Assembly: GCA_043797085.1 (NCBI GenBank)
Contig: JAZDQA010000012.1
Location: 64,001-128,000, forward strand
Direction: 5' to 3'
Length of the DNA: 64,000 bases
From: Pseudomonadota bacterium
GTDB lineage: Bacteria > Campylobacterota > Campylobacteria > Campylobacterales > Sulfurimonadaceae
Part shown: positions 11,452 through 20,900 of the stretch, one piece after another
Numbering within the stretch: the first letter of the stretch is position 1
Layout: each line of letters begins with the position of its first letter
Notes under the pieces: generated by a model
What the model saw: only the letters and a program-made list of their open reading frames with translations
Told to the model about the DNA's origin: nothing
The model's database searches: none
Made by a program: the position numbers and the translations under genes

Positions 11452-11469
11452 TCTTTTGAGTGAAATTAT

Positions 11470-12168
11470 TTAGATTAAAAAAACTGACGCGATACCTATC
11501 GCCCCGCCAAACACTCCACCCCACACAACAAGCCATCCCAAATGCTCTTTCATCAGCCCATGCAACATCTCTTTTACCATGATCGGAGTAAGTTCCGCTA
11601 GACGTGTTTCAACAATCTCCCCAATGGTATCGGTTAAATGTCCGGCACCTTGATGCAGATGGGTATTTAATGCATTAATAAATGATTCACTTTGCGCTAT
11701 TTCAATCGTTGAGAGTTTGATTTTTTCCAAAAATGGCTCTTTGAGTTTTGCAATAACGGATTCTCCCCCAAACATACCCAACATTGAGCCCAAAGCCGAA
11801 TCCATCACGCTTCGTACCAATGCGTTGTAAGCCGGAGTAAAATCGGTTACTTCAATAATCGGGGCTAAATCGATGGTGCGCTCTTGCGAAGCGACAAAGC
11901 TTTCAATCTTTTCAGGGGTAAAAAATTGTTCCATAATAAGCGTTTTCAATGCTTCCCGAATCGATTCAAAACGATCAAGAATGATCCCTGATCCATACAA
12001 AAACGGTACTTTTTCAAAAAGCATGTGAATCGCGAGCTGATTGGTCACTGCACCCGAGAGAGCAAAAAGCCCTGCACTTCGCATCATATCCGCACCTATA
12101 CCGCTAAATGTGTATGAGCCTCCTACCAACCCTAACGAAATTGCATTTGTCATCCAACCTTTATCCAT
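11470..12168 (-). CDS. DUF445 family membrane protein
   Basis: GAVTNQLAIHMLF and C-terminal HLGWLVVWGGVFGGAIG. Confidence 0.85.
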   Translation of the reverse strand: MDKGWMTNAISLGLVGGSYTFSGIGADMMRSAGLFALSGAVTNQLAIHMLFEKVPFLYGSGIILDRFESIREALKTLIMEQFFTPEKIESFVASQERTIDLAPIIEVTDFTPAYNALVRSVMDSALGSMLGMFGGESVIAKLKEPFLEKIKLSTIEIAQSESFINALNTHLHQGAGHLTDTIGEIVETRLAELTPIMVKEMLHGLMKEHLGWLVVWGGVFGGAIGIASVFLI

Positions 12169-12202
12169 AAGCTTATCCTTTATTTATTTTTTAGAGAAGT
12201 TT

Positions 12203-13711
12203 TTACTCCACTAAAAAGTTTGCCATCATAGCATGATCTTCGTGTTCAAGAATATGACAGTGGTAAACAAATAGTCCGGGCATTGTGAATTTTACTATAA
12301 TACGAACTGTTTCTACGGGCATAACAAGCACAGTATCTTTCCATCCTTTGTCTGTGGGAAAATCTATTTTTCTTGTTCTATCCAGTATTTGAAAATGTAC
12401 CCCATGTATGTGAAACGGGTGTGCCATGTGCGCGGTGTTTTTAAGCTCCCAAATTTCTGTTGAGCCTAGCTTTATTCGATCATCAATCCTCTCCATATCA
12501 TAAGGTTTTTTGTTTAAAGTCCACATACCGCCCTCTATAATCTCCATTGTAACGCTCCTAGTTTTAGAAGCATCAGATTCTTTCATTCTTGGGATACTTG
12601 AAAGCTTTCTTGGAAGCTGTGCAGAGCTGCTTGTTGATAGTTGTGTAACTTTAAACTTCATAATATCCATTTTGGCATCTAAACTCGGATATTTTTGATT
12701 TGTTGCAAAATTACTGGCTTCTTTGAATCCGAGCGTTTTTAGTGTTACGGTATCACCGATTTTTTTATCTTTAAAATCTATGATTATATCTATGCGCTCT
12801 GCAACCGCAATCACTATATCTTTTACAATTATTGGTTTTTCAAGCAGTCCACCGTCGGTTCCAATGAGTGCAAAACTCTCAATTCCTTCAAATGCAAGTC
12901 TGTACGTTCTCGCACTGGAACTGTTAAGGATTCTGAGTCGATACTTTGTATTCTTTACGTTTTTGTAGGGGAAAGGTGTAGAATTTACCAAAATAACGTC
13001 ACCTAAGACTCCATTATTATCCAGTTCTGTTTCTTTATAGATAAGATTTGCTTTTTTATCAAATCTCCTATCTTGCATGATAAGCGGTAGTTCAAATTCA
13101 CCTGAGGGAAGATTTAACTTTTTTTCATCTTCATCTTCTACGATATAAAGACCTGACAGTCCATAATATATCTCCTCTCCCGTTCTACCGTGAGGGTGAG
13201 TATGGTACCAAAATGTCCCCGCTTTTTGGTTAATTTTATACCTGTACTCTTTTGTTTCTTGAGTGCTGATAGCATCTTTTGGGTGTCCGTCCATCTCTTC
13301 GGGTACGATTAATCCATGCCAATGAATAATAGTTGCTTTTTCAAGACTGTTTGTAAAATCAAGTTCAAACTTATCCCCTTTTTTTATACGAATAGTAGGA
13401 TTAGGTAAGTCTCCTTGAAATGTTAAAACTTCTGTTTTTTTATCTTTGTAGATAGCAACTAGACTTTTTTGTGCATTGAATTTTCCTTTTGCGATAGTTT
13501 CAAAATTAATCTCTTTTGGAATTTTTAACTCTTGCGTAAAAGGTTTGAACATATCGGCTGTTTCATTTTTTGAAAGTTTTGACGGTAATTTTTGACTTTC
13601 ATTTAATTTTCCCGCTGTATCGCCATTATTTTTTGAGTCTTTATCACATCCTCCAATAATAATTGCCGCCGCCGTAAAAGAAAATGAATATAGAAAATTT
13701 CTTCGGTTCAT
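12203..13711 (-). CDS. Multicopper oxidase (CueO/laccase-like), probable Tat lipoprotein
   Basis: HWHG, WYHTH, HPFHIHG and HCHILEHEDHAMM copper motifs. The start MNRRNFL follows AAGGAG, and the signal ends IIGGC. Confidence 0.92.
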   Translation of the reverse strand: MNRRNFLYSFSFTAAAIIIGGCDKDSKNNGDTAGKLNESQKLPSKLSKNETADMFKPFTQELKIPKEINFETIAKGKFNAQKSLVAIYKDKKTEVLTFQGDLPNPTIRIKKGDKFELDFTNSLEKATIIHWHGLIVPEEMDGHPKDAISTQETKEYRYKINQKAGTFWYHTHPHGRTGEEIYYGLSGLYIVEDEDEKKLNLPSGEFELPLIMQDRRFDKKANLIYKETELDNNGVLGDVILVNSTPFPYKNVKNTKYRLRILNSSSARTYRLAFEGIESFALIGTDGGLLEKPIIVKDIVIAVAERIDIIIDFKDKKIGDTVTLKTLGFKEASNFATNQKYPSLDAKMDIMKFKVTQLSTSSSAQLPRKLSSIPRMKESDASKTRSVTMEIIEGGMWTLNKKPYDMERIDDRIKLGSTEIWELKNTAHMAHPFHIHGVHFQILDRTRKIDFPTDKGWKDTVLVMPVETVRIIVKFTMPGLFVYHCHILEHEDHAMMANFLVE

Positions 13712-14032
13712 GATCGTCTCCTTCGAGTTAGATACTTGAGCCAGATGTACTGCTTTTACTTTACTAACTGATCTTACCCGGTAAATTTGTTTCCCATCAC
13801 ACGCAAAGGACACTTTGAGCGCTTTCGCGGGAATGACGAAAGAAAAATACGACTTTTTAAAGCTTAAATCAATTAAAATGCGTAACATCAACAAATAATT
13901 GTACTTGCAAAACAATTATTTGATCTTTTCATTCAATAATTACACTTTTACTGTAAGGTTGTGTGTACAATAATCTTATAATAGAGCTATTATCCAAAAA
14001 AGGTTACAGTTGCAAAAATTTAGGAGGAAACA

Positions 14033-14521
14033 ATGATTTTAAACTCCATGACAACTTTACTAAAATCAGGCAATTTGGCAGCTATTTTAGGTGCTATTTC
14101 TGCAACTTTAGAACGAAGCGATGAAGCTCCTTTTTGGAGACAAAAAACGCTCCCTTTTGTGGAAGCTATTTTAAGTGTTCTCATTCCTCTACGAGAACAA
14201 AAACTTCTCTTTGATCCGGAAGGAAATACCCATGAGACGTTAACACCGGCATTATTCTTGCGTTGGTGCGATTTGATGAGTCTTAAAACACTCGCATTTA
14301 CCCTCGCAAAAAGTAACGACCAAGGAAAATTAGTCCGTACCAAAATCACTGCCCAAACCTATCAACCCATCGACTTAGAGATTTTAGGGAAATATTTAAG
14401 TGGATATACGATCAATTTAGAAGATGAATCAATCGATTTTCCGATCCGTAACTACAATCTTCATATTGGTATCTCGGATCTTATTACTAAAATTTTAAAT
14501 GGGAACATGAACAATGTTTGA
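14033..14521 (+). CDS. Hypothetical protein, possible stand-alone DotL/IcmO-like all-alpha domain
   Basis: Strong AGGAGG RBS and a 162-aa ORF; see findings. Confidence 0.75.
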   Translation: MILNSMTTLLKSGNLAAILGAISATLERSDEAPFWRQKTLPFVEAILSVLIPLREQKLLFDPEGNTHETLTPALFLRWCDLMSLKTLAFTLAKSNDQGKLVRTKITAQTYQPIDLEILGKYLSGYTINLEDESIDFPIRNYNLHIGISDLITKILNGNMNNV

Positions 14522-14945
14522 AGCAAAACCTCTCAATATCCATACCTATCTATCAAAAAATGAGATTGAAAAGCATCTCGAAAACGTTGAATACATCATT
14601 ATGGCAGCCCCTTCAATGATGGCCGCTCCTGAACTGCCGTTGCATTTTAGTATTTTTTTAAATACCTCGGATTCGATTCCCGAAGAGATCAAAGGGGCGT
14701 TATTAGCAAAATTTTGTCAACAATACGCTATTACAAAAACCAGCCATGTATTAAGTAATCTGGAGCGTGTCGCATTTGCTACAACATCTCAAGAAACGCC
14801 AATGCCACGTCATATAATCGATCCCGCTGAGGCAAATACCATTCCGTGGACTTTACTGCATATTATAGATTTTTTGGGAGAATCAGAGGGGTTTAAAGAG
14901 GCAAAGGACGGTTTGAGCGGGTGGAGTTATAGCTATAATAGCTAA
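14514..14945 (+). CDS. Hypothetical protein
   Basis: 143-aa ORF overlapping the previous stop; ends GLSGWSYSYNS. Confidence 0.75.
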   Translation: MFEAKPLNIHTYLSKNEIEKHLENVEYIIMAAPSMMAAPELPLHFSIFLNTSDSIPEEIKGALLAKFCQQYAITKTSHVLSNLERVAFATTSQETPMPRHIIDPAEANTIPWTLLHIIDFLGESEGFKEAKDGLSGWSYSYNS

Positions 14946-16246
14946 CTCTTACACATTTCTTCAATTTCCTCGACCATTTTTGCAATCATCGCCGAAAGAT
15001 TTTCACATCCGCTTTCGGTAATGAGAATATCATCTTCGATACGGATACCGATACCTCGGTATTTTAGGGGTACACTCTCATCTTCTGCTTTGATATAAAT
15101 CCCAGGTTCGATGGTCATCACCATTCCCGCTTTAAATGCCAAGCTCTGACCATCGTCATCCACATACGGACACGGATCATGAACATCAAGCCCCATCCAG
15201 TGACCGATTCCATGCGGAGCGTATTTTTTATGGGCTTTTGCTTCAAGGAGGGTACTTACTTCGCCGTTTAAAATTCCTAAATCTATAAGAGCTTGGCACA
15301 GTAACTCTTCACTATAGCTCTGAAGCCAATCTCGCTTGACATCGGGTTTCATCGCTTCGATAACGCGTAACTGTACGTCGAGTACTTTTTCATATACGGC
15401 GCGTTGTGCTTCGGTGAATTTTCCATTGACTGGAAAGGTACGGGTAATGTCACTGGCGTAGAGTTCCCATTCGCACGCCGCATCGATAAGTACCAAATCA
15501 CCCTCTTTTAACACATCACGGTTATCAATGTAATGTAAGGTGTTGGCATTGTTCCCACCCGCTACAATCGCACCGTATGCTTCATTCATTGCGCCATTGG
15601 AGAGAAATATATAGCTCATACATGCTTGTAATTCAAACTCTCGCAGTCCATTTTGACACTGCTTCATCGCTTCATGATGTGCCAATGCGGTCAAGGATAT
15701 CGCATAACGAATTTGATCTATCTCTTCGGATGATTTGATCAATCGCATGGAACGTGTCCAATGCGTTACGTCATGGAAACTTCGGATGTATCGCTTTACC
15801 CCTCGAGATTCTCGTAACTCTTTTGCACTTTGTTGCGCCAGTTTCAAATGATTTGAGTCATCGTGAAAATCAAAATAAAGGGCAATGTGTTCACGTAAAA
15901 TTTCTTTGATGTGATTAGGATATTCAAGAATACTATGGACTTCATCAACTTCAAAACGCTTCATTGCACCCTCAACACCAAGACGCGCACCGTTCCATAA
16001 TGCAAACTCATTACTGTGTGGTTCGACAAACAAAATACTGCGTTCAATCTCTTTTGTTTTTACCAACACAAGAAGAGCATTGGCTTCTTCAAATCCGGTA
16101 AGGTAATAAAAATCGCTGTTTTGTCGGTAAGGGTATTCCGTATCGTTGGAACGTATTTTAAGGGGAGATGAGGAGAGGATAGCAATCCCCTCTTCTATGC
16201 TGGCTAATAATTTTTGCCGTCTGGCTTGATAGTGCGTTTCGTTCAA
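14942..16246 (-). CDS. pepP: Xaa-Pro aminopeptidase P
   Basis: YRQNSDFYYLTGFEE, LIDA, SDITRT, HGIGHWMGLDVHD, TIEPG and GIRIEDD motifs; TTG start. Confidence 0.93.
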   Translation of the reverse strand: MNETHYQARRQKLLASIEEGIAILSSSPLKIRSNDTEYPYRQNSDFYYLTGFEEANALLVLVKTKEIERSILFVEPHSNEFALWNGARLGVEGAMKRFEVDEVHSILEYPNHIKEILREHIALYFDFHDDSNHLKLAQQSAKELRESRGVKRYIRSFHDVTHWTRSMRLIKSSEEIDQIRYAISLTALAHHEAMKQCQNGLREFELQACMSYIFLSNGAMNEAYGAIVAGGNNANTLHYIDNRDVLKEGDLVLIDAACEWELYASDITRTFPVNGKFTEAQRAVYEKVLDVQLRVIEAMKPDVKRDWLQSYSEELLCQALIDLGILNGEVSTLLEAKAHKKYAPHGIGHWMGLDVHDPCPYVDDDGQSLAFKAGMVMTIEPGIYIKAEDESVPLKYRGIGIRIEDDILITESGCENLSAMIAKMVEEIEEMCKS

Positions 16247-16248
16247 AT

Positions 16249-16743
16249 TTAAAAATTTCTTTCCAATAATTTATGAACTTTCAAGATCGTGACAATACGA
16301 TCAGCTTGTTTGCCAACGCCATCGATCATTGTTTCACTTTCAGAAATCGTATCGGGTGCCGGTCCAATATCACGCTTTGGCATACGAATCGCCTCAGTAA
16401 GTCTGTCGATGACAAAGCCTGCAACGTCATCGCCGTTTTTCATCACGATAAAACGAGTCTCATCCGTATGTTTTTGTAACGGCAACCCAAAACGAGCGCG
16501 TAAATCAATCAACGGAATAACCGATCCTCGCAGATTAAATACACCCAAAATGTACGCTGGAATTTGCGGTACACGGGTCCAGCCTATGGGTTTAATAATC
16601 TCTTGAATGCTCAAAATGGGTATCGAAAATTCCTCTTCCCCAACAATAAAGCCCACCAATTGAATCACTTCATCGACTTTCTGATCATCGCCTAGAAGGG
16701 CTTGATTTTGTCTATTAATGATTTGTTGTAATTTTTCGCTCAT
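16249..16743 (-). CDS. cheW: Chemotaxis coupling protein CheW
   Basis: IQEII, TRVP and GVFNLRGSVIPLIDL. Confidence 0.95.
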   Translation of the reverse strand: MSEKLQQIINRQNQALLGDDQKVDEVIQLVGFIVGEEEFSIPILSIQEIIKPIGWTRVPQIPAYILGVFNLRGSVIPLIDLRARFGLPLQKHTDETRFIVMKNGDDVAGFVIDRLTEAIRMPKRDIGPAPDTISESETMIDGVGKQADRIVTILKVHKLLERNF

Positions 16744-16745
16744 GA

Positions 16746-19214
16746 TTATAACCCCTCATTGAATTTAATATTACGCTTGACCACGTTCATCAGATACTCA
16801 GGAGAATACGGTTTAGTAATGTACTCGATCATCCCTGATTCCACGCCGCGCATACGATCGGCTTTACCTGCTCGTGAGGTTACCGCAATAAGAGGAAGGT
16901 TTTTATACTTATTGTACTTTTTAATCTCAGAAGCAAGCGTGTAGCCATCCATACGCGGCATCTCAATATCAATCAGCATTGCATCAAAATAATGGTCACC
17001 CTGCTTCAAAATATTCAACGCTTCGACGCCGTCAACAGCTTCGACAAGTGTCACTCCAAGCGGTTCAAGTGATTTACGCATAATAGTACGATCGGTTTTT
17101 GAATCATCTACAATCATGACACAATAATCGCTTGCAGAGTTTTTGACACCTATTTTTTTCGACTCTCCACTCTCGCTTCCGATGGTGGATTTGACCGATT
17201 TCGCCATCTGCATAAGCGCGGCGACATCGACAATCAACGTTACTCCGCCATCACCTCGAATGGTTGCCCCGGCTATTCCTTCGATTCCTTTTAGATACTC
17301 ACCCAAAGATTTGATAACAATCTCTTCTTGCCCGATGAGCGTATCAACGATAAGACCGATTTTACTCTCTGCAAGTCCTAGTACCACGACATATGCGTGC
17401 TCACTGCTATCGAATACACGCTCTACTTCAAAAATATCTCCGATGTGGACCAAAGAAAGAACTTCATCACGAAGACGCATAACCGAACGGTTTTCTACGG
17501 TATAAATTTCATCTTTACTGATACGAACGGTCTCAAGTACGGATGCCAACGGAATAGCATAATACTCTTCTTGGACTCCGACCAATAACGCTTGAATAAT
17601 CGCAAGGGTCAATGGGATTTTGAGTTTCATCGACGTTCCGCGACCCACTTCAGAATCAATATCAATCATACCGTTGAGTTTTTCGATATTGGTTTTTACC
17701 ACGTCCATACCCACACCGCGTCCTGAAACACTCGTTACTTGGGCAGCGGTTGAAAAACCTGGACGGAAAATAAGACCAAAAGCTTCTTTTTCGCTCATGG
17801 CATCCGCTTCTTTTTCGGTAATAATCCCTTTTTCTATTGACTTTTGCTTGAGCATCTCCGCATCAAGACCTTTTCCGTCATCGATAATCTGGATAACGAT
17901 ATGATTGCCCTCATGATACGCTTTGAGCTGTATTGTTCCTACTTCAGATTTACCCGAAGCCATACGAACATCCCCTACTTCTATCCCATGATCGCATGAA
18001 TTTCGGATGATGTGTACCAACGGATCACCGATTTCTTCAACAATGGATTTATCAAGTTCTGTATCTTCTCCTGCGATTTCCAGTTCAATCTTTTTGTTGA
18101 GCTCACGTGACAAGTCACGAATCATACGAGGGAATTTATTGAATACTTTTCCGATTGGAAGCATTCTGGTTTTCATAACGGCTATTTGCAAATCGGTTGT
18201 GACAAGAGAGACGATGGATACAACTTGGTTAAGCTCCTCTAAAAAGGCTTCTCCTTCATAACGTTCTTCTACGTCATCATTGATTTTAATCAACCGATTT
18301 TTACCCAGTACGAGTTCTCCGATAAGATTCATGAGGTGATCAAGACGTTTGACATCGACACGAATCGTTTGCTCAACTCCGCCGCCTTTAGAATCTCCTT
18401 CTTCTTTTACTTCGCTGCGTCTTGGTGCCGGTGTAGAGGGAGCAGCTTTGGCTACCGATGTTGCAGGAGTTGAGATAACAACAGGCGCACTTGATGCGAC
18501 CGCTTCTTGCTGCGCTGCATTTTGACTTTTCTGTGCACGTTTCGCGGCATCTTCAGATTGTTTTTCGAGCAGTAATCGCTCGATCTCAGCTTCTACTTCC
18601 GCATCGCTCATATTCGCATAATCAGGCTCAGCTACTTCAGTACCGGCAATCGGAGCAGCAGCACGCTTGGCAATAGCTTCCGCTTGCTTTTGCGCTAAAA
18701 GCCGCTCTATCTCTGCTTCGACTTCGGCATCGCTCATCGTAGAATAATCTATTTCTTCTTCAACAATTTTTACGGCAACAGGCTCTTGAATAACTGAGAT
18801 TGCTATTTCGATCGGCGCAGGTTCAGACTCACCGTTTGCCACAACATTCAATCTCGCAACAGACTCTGAAACATCCAGTCCGGAATCTTGCCCGTGGTCG
18901 CGGATACGAACTAAAAGAGCTTTCATCAAATCAATGGATTCAAGAATAACGTCCATAACATTGGCATCAATAACAAGATCGCCGTGTCGTGCCATGTTCA
19001 GCAAATTTTCCATGTGATGCGTTAAATGAGTTAATACATCGAAATTCAGGAATGAACTTGCACCTTTGATCGTATGCGCTACGCGGAAAATACGATTAAG
19101 TAGCTCCAAATCATCCGGACGCGTTTCCAATTCTACTAAATCTTGGTCAAGCTGTTCAATCAGCTCGAATGCCTCAATTAAAAAATCTTGTAATATCTCT
19201 TCAAATTCATCCAT
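16746..19214 (-). CDS. cheA: Hybrid chemotaxis kinase CheA with C-terminal receiver (CheAY)
   Basis: Hpt FRVAHTIKG, IRVDV, HIIRNSCDHG, SGRGVGMDVV, a CheW-like domain, and a receiver with DIEMP. Confidence 0.96.
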   Translation of the reverse strand: MDEFEEILQDFLIEAFELIEQLDQDLVELETRPDDLELLNRIFRVAHTIKGASSFLNFDVLTHLTHHMENLLNMARHGDLVIDANVMDVILESIDLMKALLVRIRDHGQDSGLDVSESVARLNVVANGESEPAPIEIAISVIQEPVAVKIVEEEIDYSTMSDAEVEAEIERLLAQKQAEAIAKRAAAPIAGTEVAEPDYANMSDAEVEAEIERLLLEKQSEDAAKRAQKSQNAAQQEAVASSAPVVISTPATSVAKAAPSTPAPRRSEVKEEGDSKGGGVEQTIRVDVKRLDHLMNLIGELVLGKNRLIKINDDVEERYEGEAFLEELNQVVSIVSLVTTDLQIAVMKTRMLPIGKVFNKFPRMIRDLSRELNKKIELEIAGEDTELDKSIVEEIGDPLVHIIRNSCDHGIEVGDVRMASGKSEVGTIQLKAYHEGNHIVIQIIDDGKGLDAEMLKQKSIEKGIITEKEADAMSEKEAFGLIFRPGFSTAAQVTSVSGRGVGMDVVKTNIEKLNGMIDIDSEVGRGTSMKLKIPLTLAIIQALLVGVQEEYYAIPLASVLETVRISKDEIYTVENRSVMRLRDEVLSLVHIGDIFEVERVFDSSEHAYVVVLGLAESKIGLIVDTLIGQEEIVIKSLGEYLKGIEGIAGATIRGDGGVTLIVDVAALMQMAKSVKSTIGSESGESKKIGVKNSASDYCVMIVDDSKTDRTIMRKSLEPLGVTLVEAVDGVEALNILKQGDHYFDAMLIDIEMPRMDGYTLASEIKKYNKYKNLPLIAVTSRAGKADRMRGVESGMIEYITKPYSPEYLMNVVKRNIKFNEGL

Positions 19215-20160
19215 GTTTTACCCCTAAAATATCTGCCTGCACGACACGCGCAACTTCATCATAAAATATATTTGCGTCAAATTTGACCAAATAGGCCTCA
19301 GCACCTGCTTCTTTACCCCTCATTTCACTAAAATGATCACTGATTGAGGAGTTGAACACAATAGGGATCATCTTAAATCGTGGATCCTCTTTTACTCTTG
19401 CGGCAAAATGAAAGCCATCCATACGCGGCATCTCAATATCGGAGGCAATAAGACGCAATTGTGACGAAAGAGTATCGCCATACGCTTCATAAAGATCTTC
19501 CAAAATTTTCAACCCCTGTTCACCGTCACTTCCCTCAATAACATTAAAGCCCATTTTTTCTAACGCGTCTTTGATAATATGGCGGGCCGTTGAGCTGTCA
19601 TCTAAAAGCAAAACATAACCGTCAAAATTACTATTATGCTCATTCATTGTTGCATGGCTGGGCTGATACAATCCAAGCTGTTGGACAACACTCTCCAAGT
19701 CCAAAATCAACAGTACATTATCATCTTCAATGCGGGTTACACCCGTTATTTTTGATCCATCCGTACTATTATCCAAAAAGGAGGCAGGCTCTATGTCCTT
19801 CCAGTTGATCCGTCGAATACGTTTTGCTTCATGCACTACGAAGCCGATAAGAATATTATTAAACTCCGTAATAATGACGCGAGCTTCCCGTTCCATCTCT
19901 TCAGGTGCATCAATCCCCATCCATTTAGCGAGATTGACAACGGGAATAACGACTCCTCGAAGATCAAATATTCCTTCTATAAATGGCGGTGTACCCGGTA
20001 ATTCTGTTAATATCGGAAGACGAATTATTTCACGAACTTTGGCAACGTTAATTCCATAAATTCCTTCATAGATTTCATCACCTTCACGCTTAAAAATTCT
20101 AAAATCGACCAATTCCATTTCATTGGTACCGACCTTCAGAATATCTTTGTGTCCCTTCAT
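19207..20160 (-). CDS. cheV: Chemotaxis protein CheV
   Basis: YGINVAKVREI CheW domain followed by a receiver with SDIEMPRMDG. Confidence 0.95.
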   Translation of the reverse strand: MKGHKDILKVGTNEMELVDFRIFKREGDEIYEGIYGINVAKVREIIRLPILTELPGTPPFIEGIFDLRGVVIPVVNLAKWMGIDAPEEMEREARVIITEFNNILIGFVVHEAKRIRRINWKDIEPASFLDNSTDGSKITGVTRIEDDNVLLILDLESVVQQLGLYQPSHATMNEHNSNFDGYVLLLDDSSTARHIIKDALEKMGFNVIEGSDGEQGLKILEDLYEAYGDTLSSQLRLIASDIEMPRMDGFHFAARVKEDPRFKMIPIVFNSSISDHFSEMRGKEAGAEAYLVKFDANIFYDEVARVVQADILGVKHG

Positions 20161-20900
20161 TCGGGCTCCTTGCTAAATAGTGCTTCATCTAAAATGAGTT
20201 GGTTCTGCGATGATTTTACAACATAATATCTTTCATTACAAGCAAAAGCACCCAAGTTGCAATAACGATACGTTTCAAAGTCAAATGATTTGTTTTGGTG
20301 ATAATGTCCTTCAATCACAATATCGCATTTATTAATCCATTTTTCCCCGCTATGCCGATGGGCAATTGTCTCAAAGTTTTCAATTTTTTTACAATGATTT
20401 TTACCTTGCATGTCTCGACTAAGCCACTTGATAATAATACCGCCAAAAATATTATTAATGAGATTAAGCCCATACAGAAGCGGCCGATTACGAATGAGTG
20501 CAGTATAGACTTCATACCCCCACGTAACTCCAAGATCACCGTGCAATAAAGCAATTTTTTGAGAACCGTACACCATCATAAAGGGCTGGTGATTACGCGG
20601 GACAATAATAATATTCGGAAATACGGGAGAAAGTCTAAAATCGTGATTCCCTTCTAAATAGAGTATTTCTATTTTTTTTGAAAGCGCGTTAAGAAGAGTA
20701 ATAAGCTCTTGATTTAAAAGAACGGTTTCACTGACAGGACCAAAAAGAAGGTCACAATTGTCTCCCATCAAAATAAGCTGTGTAGTTTTAACGGTCTCAT
20801 TTTCTACTGCACGTAAAAAATCAATAAAAGGGATTCTCCACGGTGCATAATGAGAGTCAGCTACAAAAATAGCCCCCTCGTGAAGTTTTTTAAGGGACAT
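20157..20900 (-). CDS. lpxH: UDP-2,3-diacylglucosamine hydrolase (LpxH-like metallophosphoesterase)
   Basis: ADSH, GD, EGNHD, HGD and GHYH motifs; usual position upstream of cheV. Confidence 0.8.
   Translation of the reverse strand: MSLKKLHEGAIFVADSHYAPWRIPFIDFLRAVENETVKTTQLILMGDNCDLLFGPVSETVLLNQELITLLNALSKKIEILYLEGNHDFRLSPVFPNIIIVPRNHQPFMMVYGSQKIALLHGDLGVTWGYEVYTALIRNRPLLYGLNLINNIFGGIIIKWLSRDMQGKNHCKKIENFETIAHRHSGEKWINKCDIVIEGHYHQNKSFDFETYRYCNLGAFACNERYYVVKSSQNQLILDEALFSKEPE

Noticed and set aside
13712..13915. N-terminal extension of the multicopper oxidase in the ORF track
   Set aside because: The RBS and twin-Arg signal place the start at 13711.
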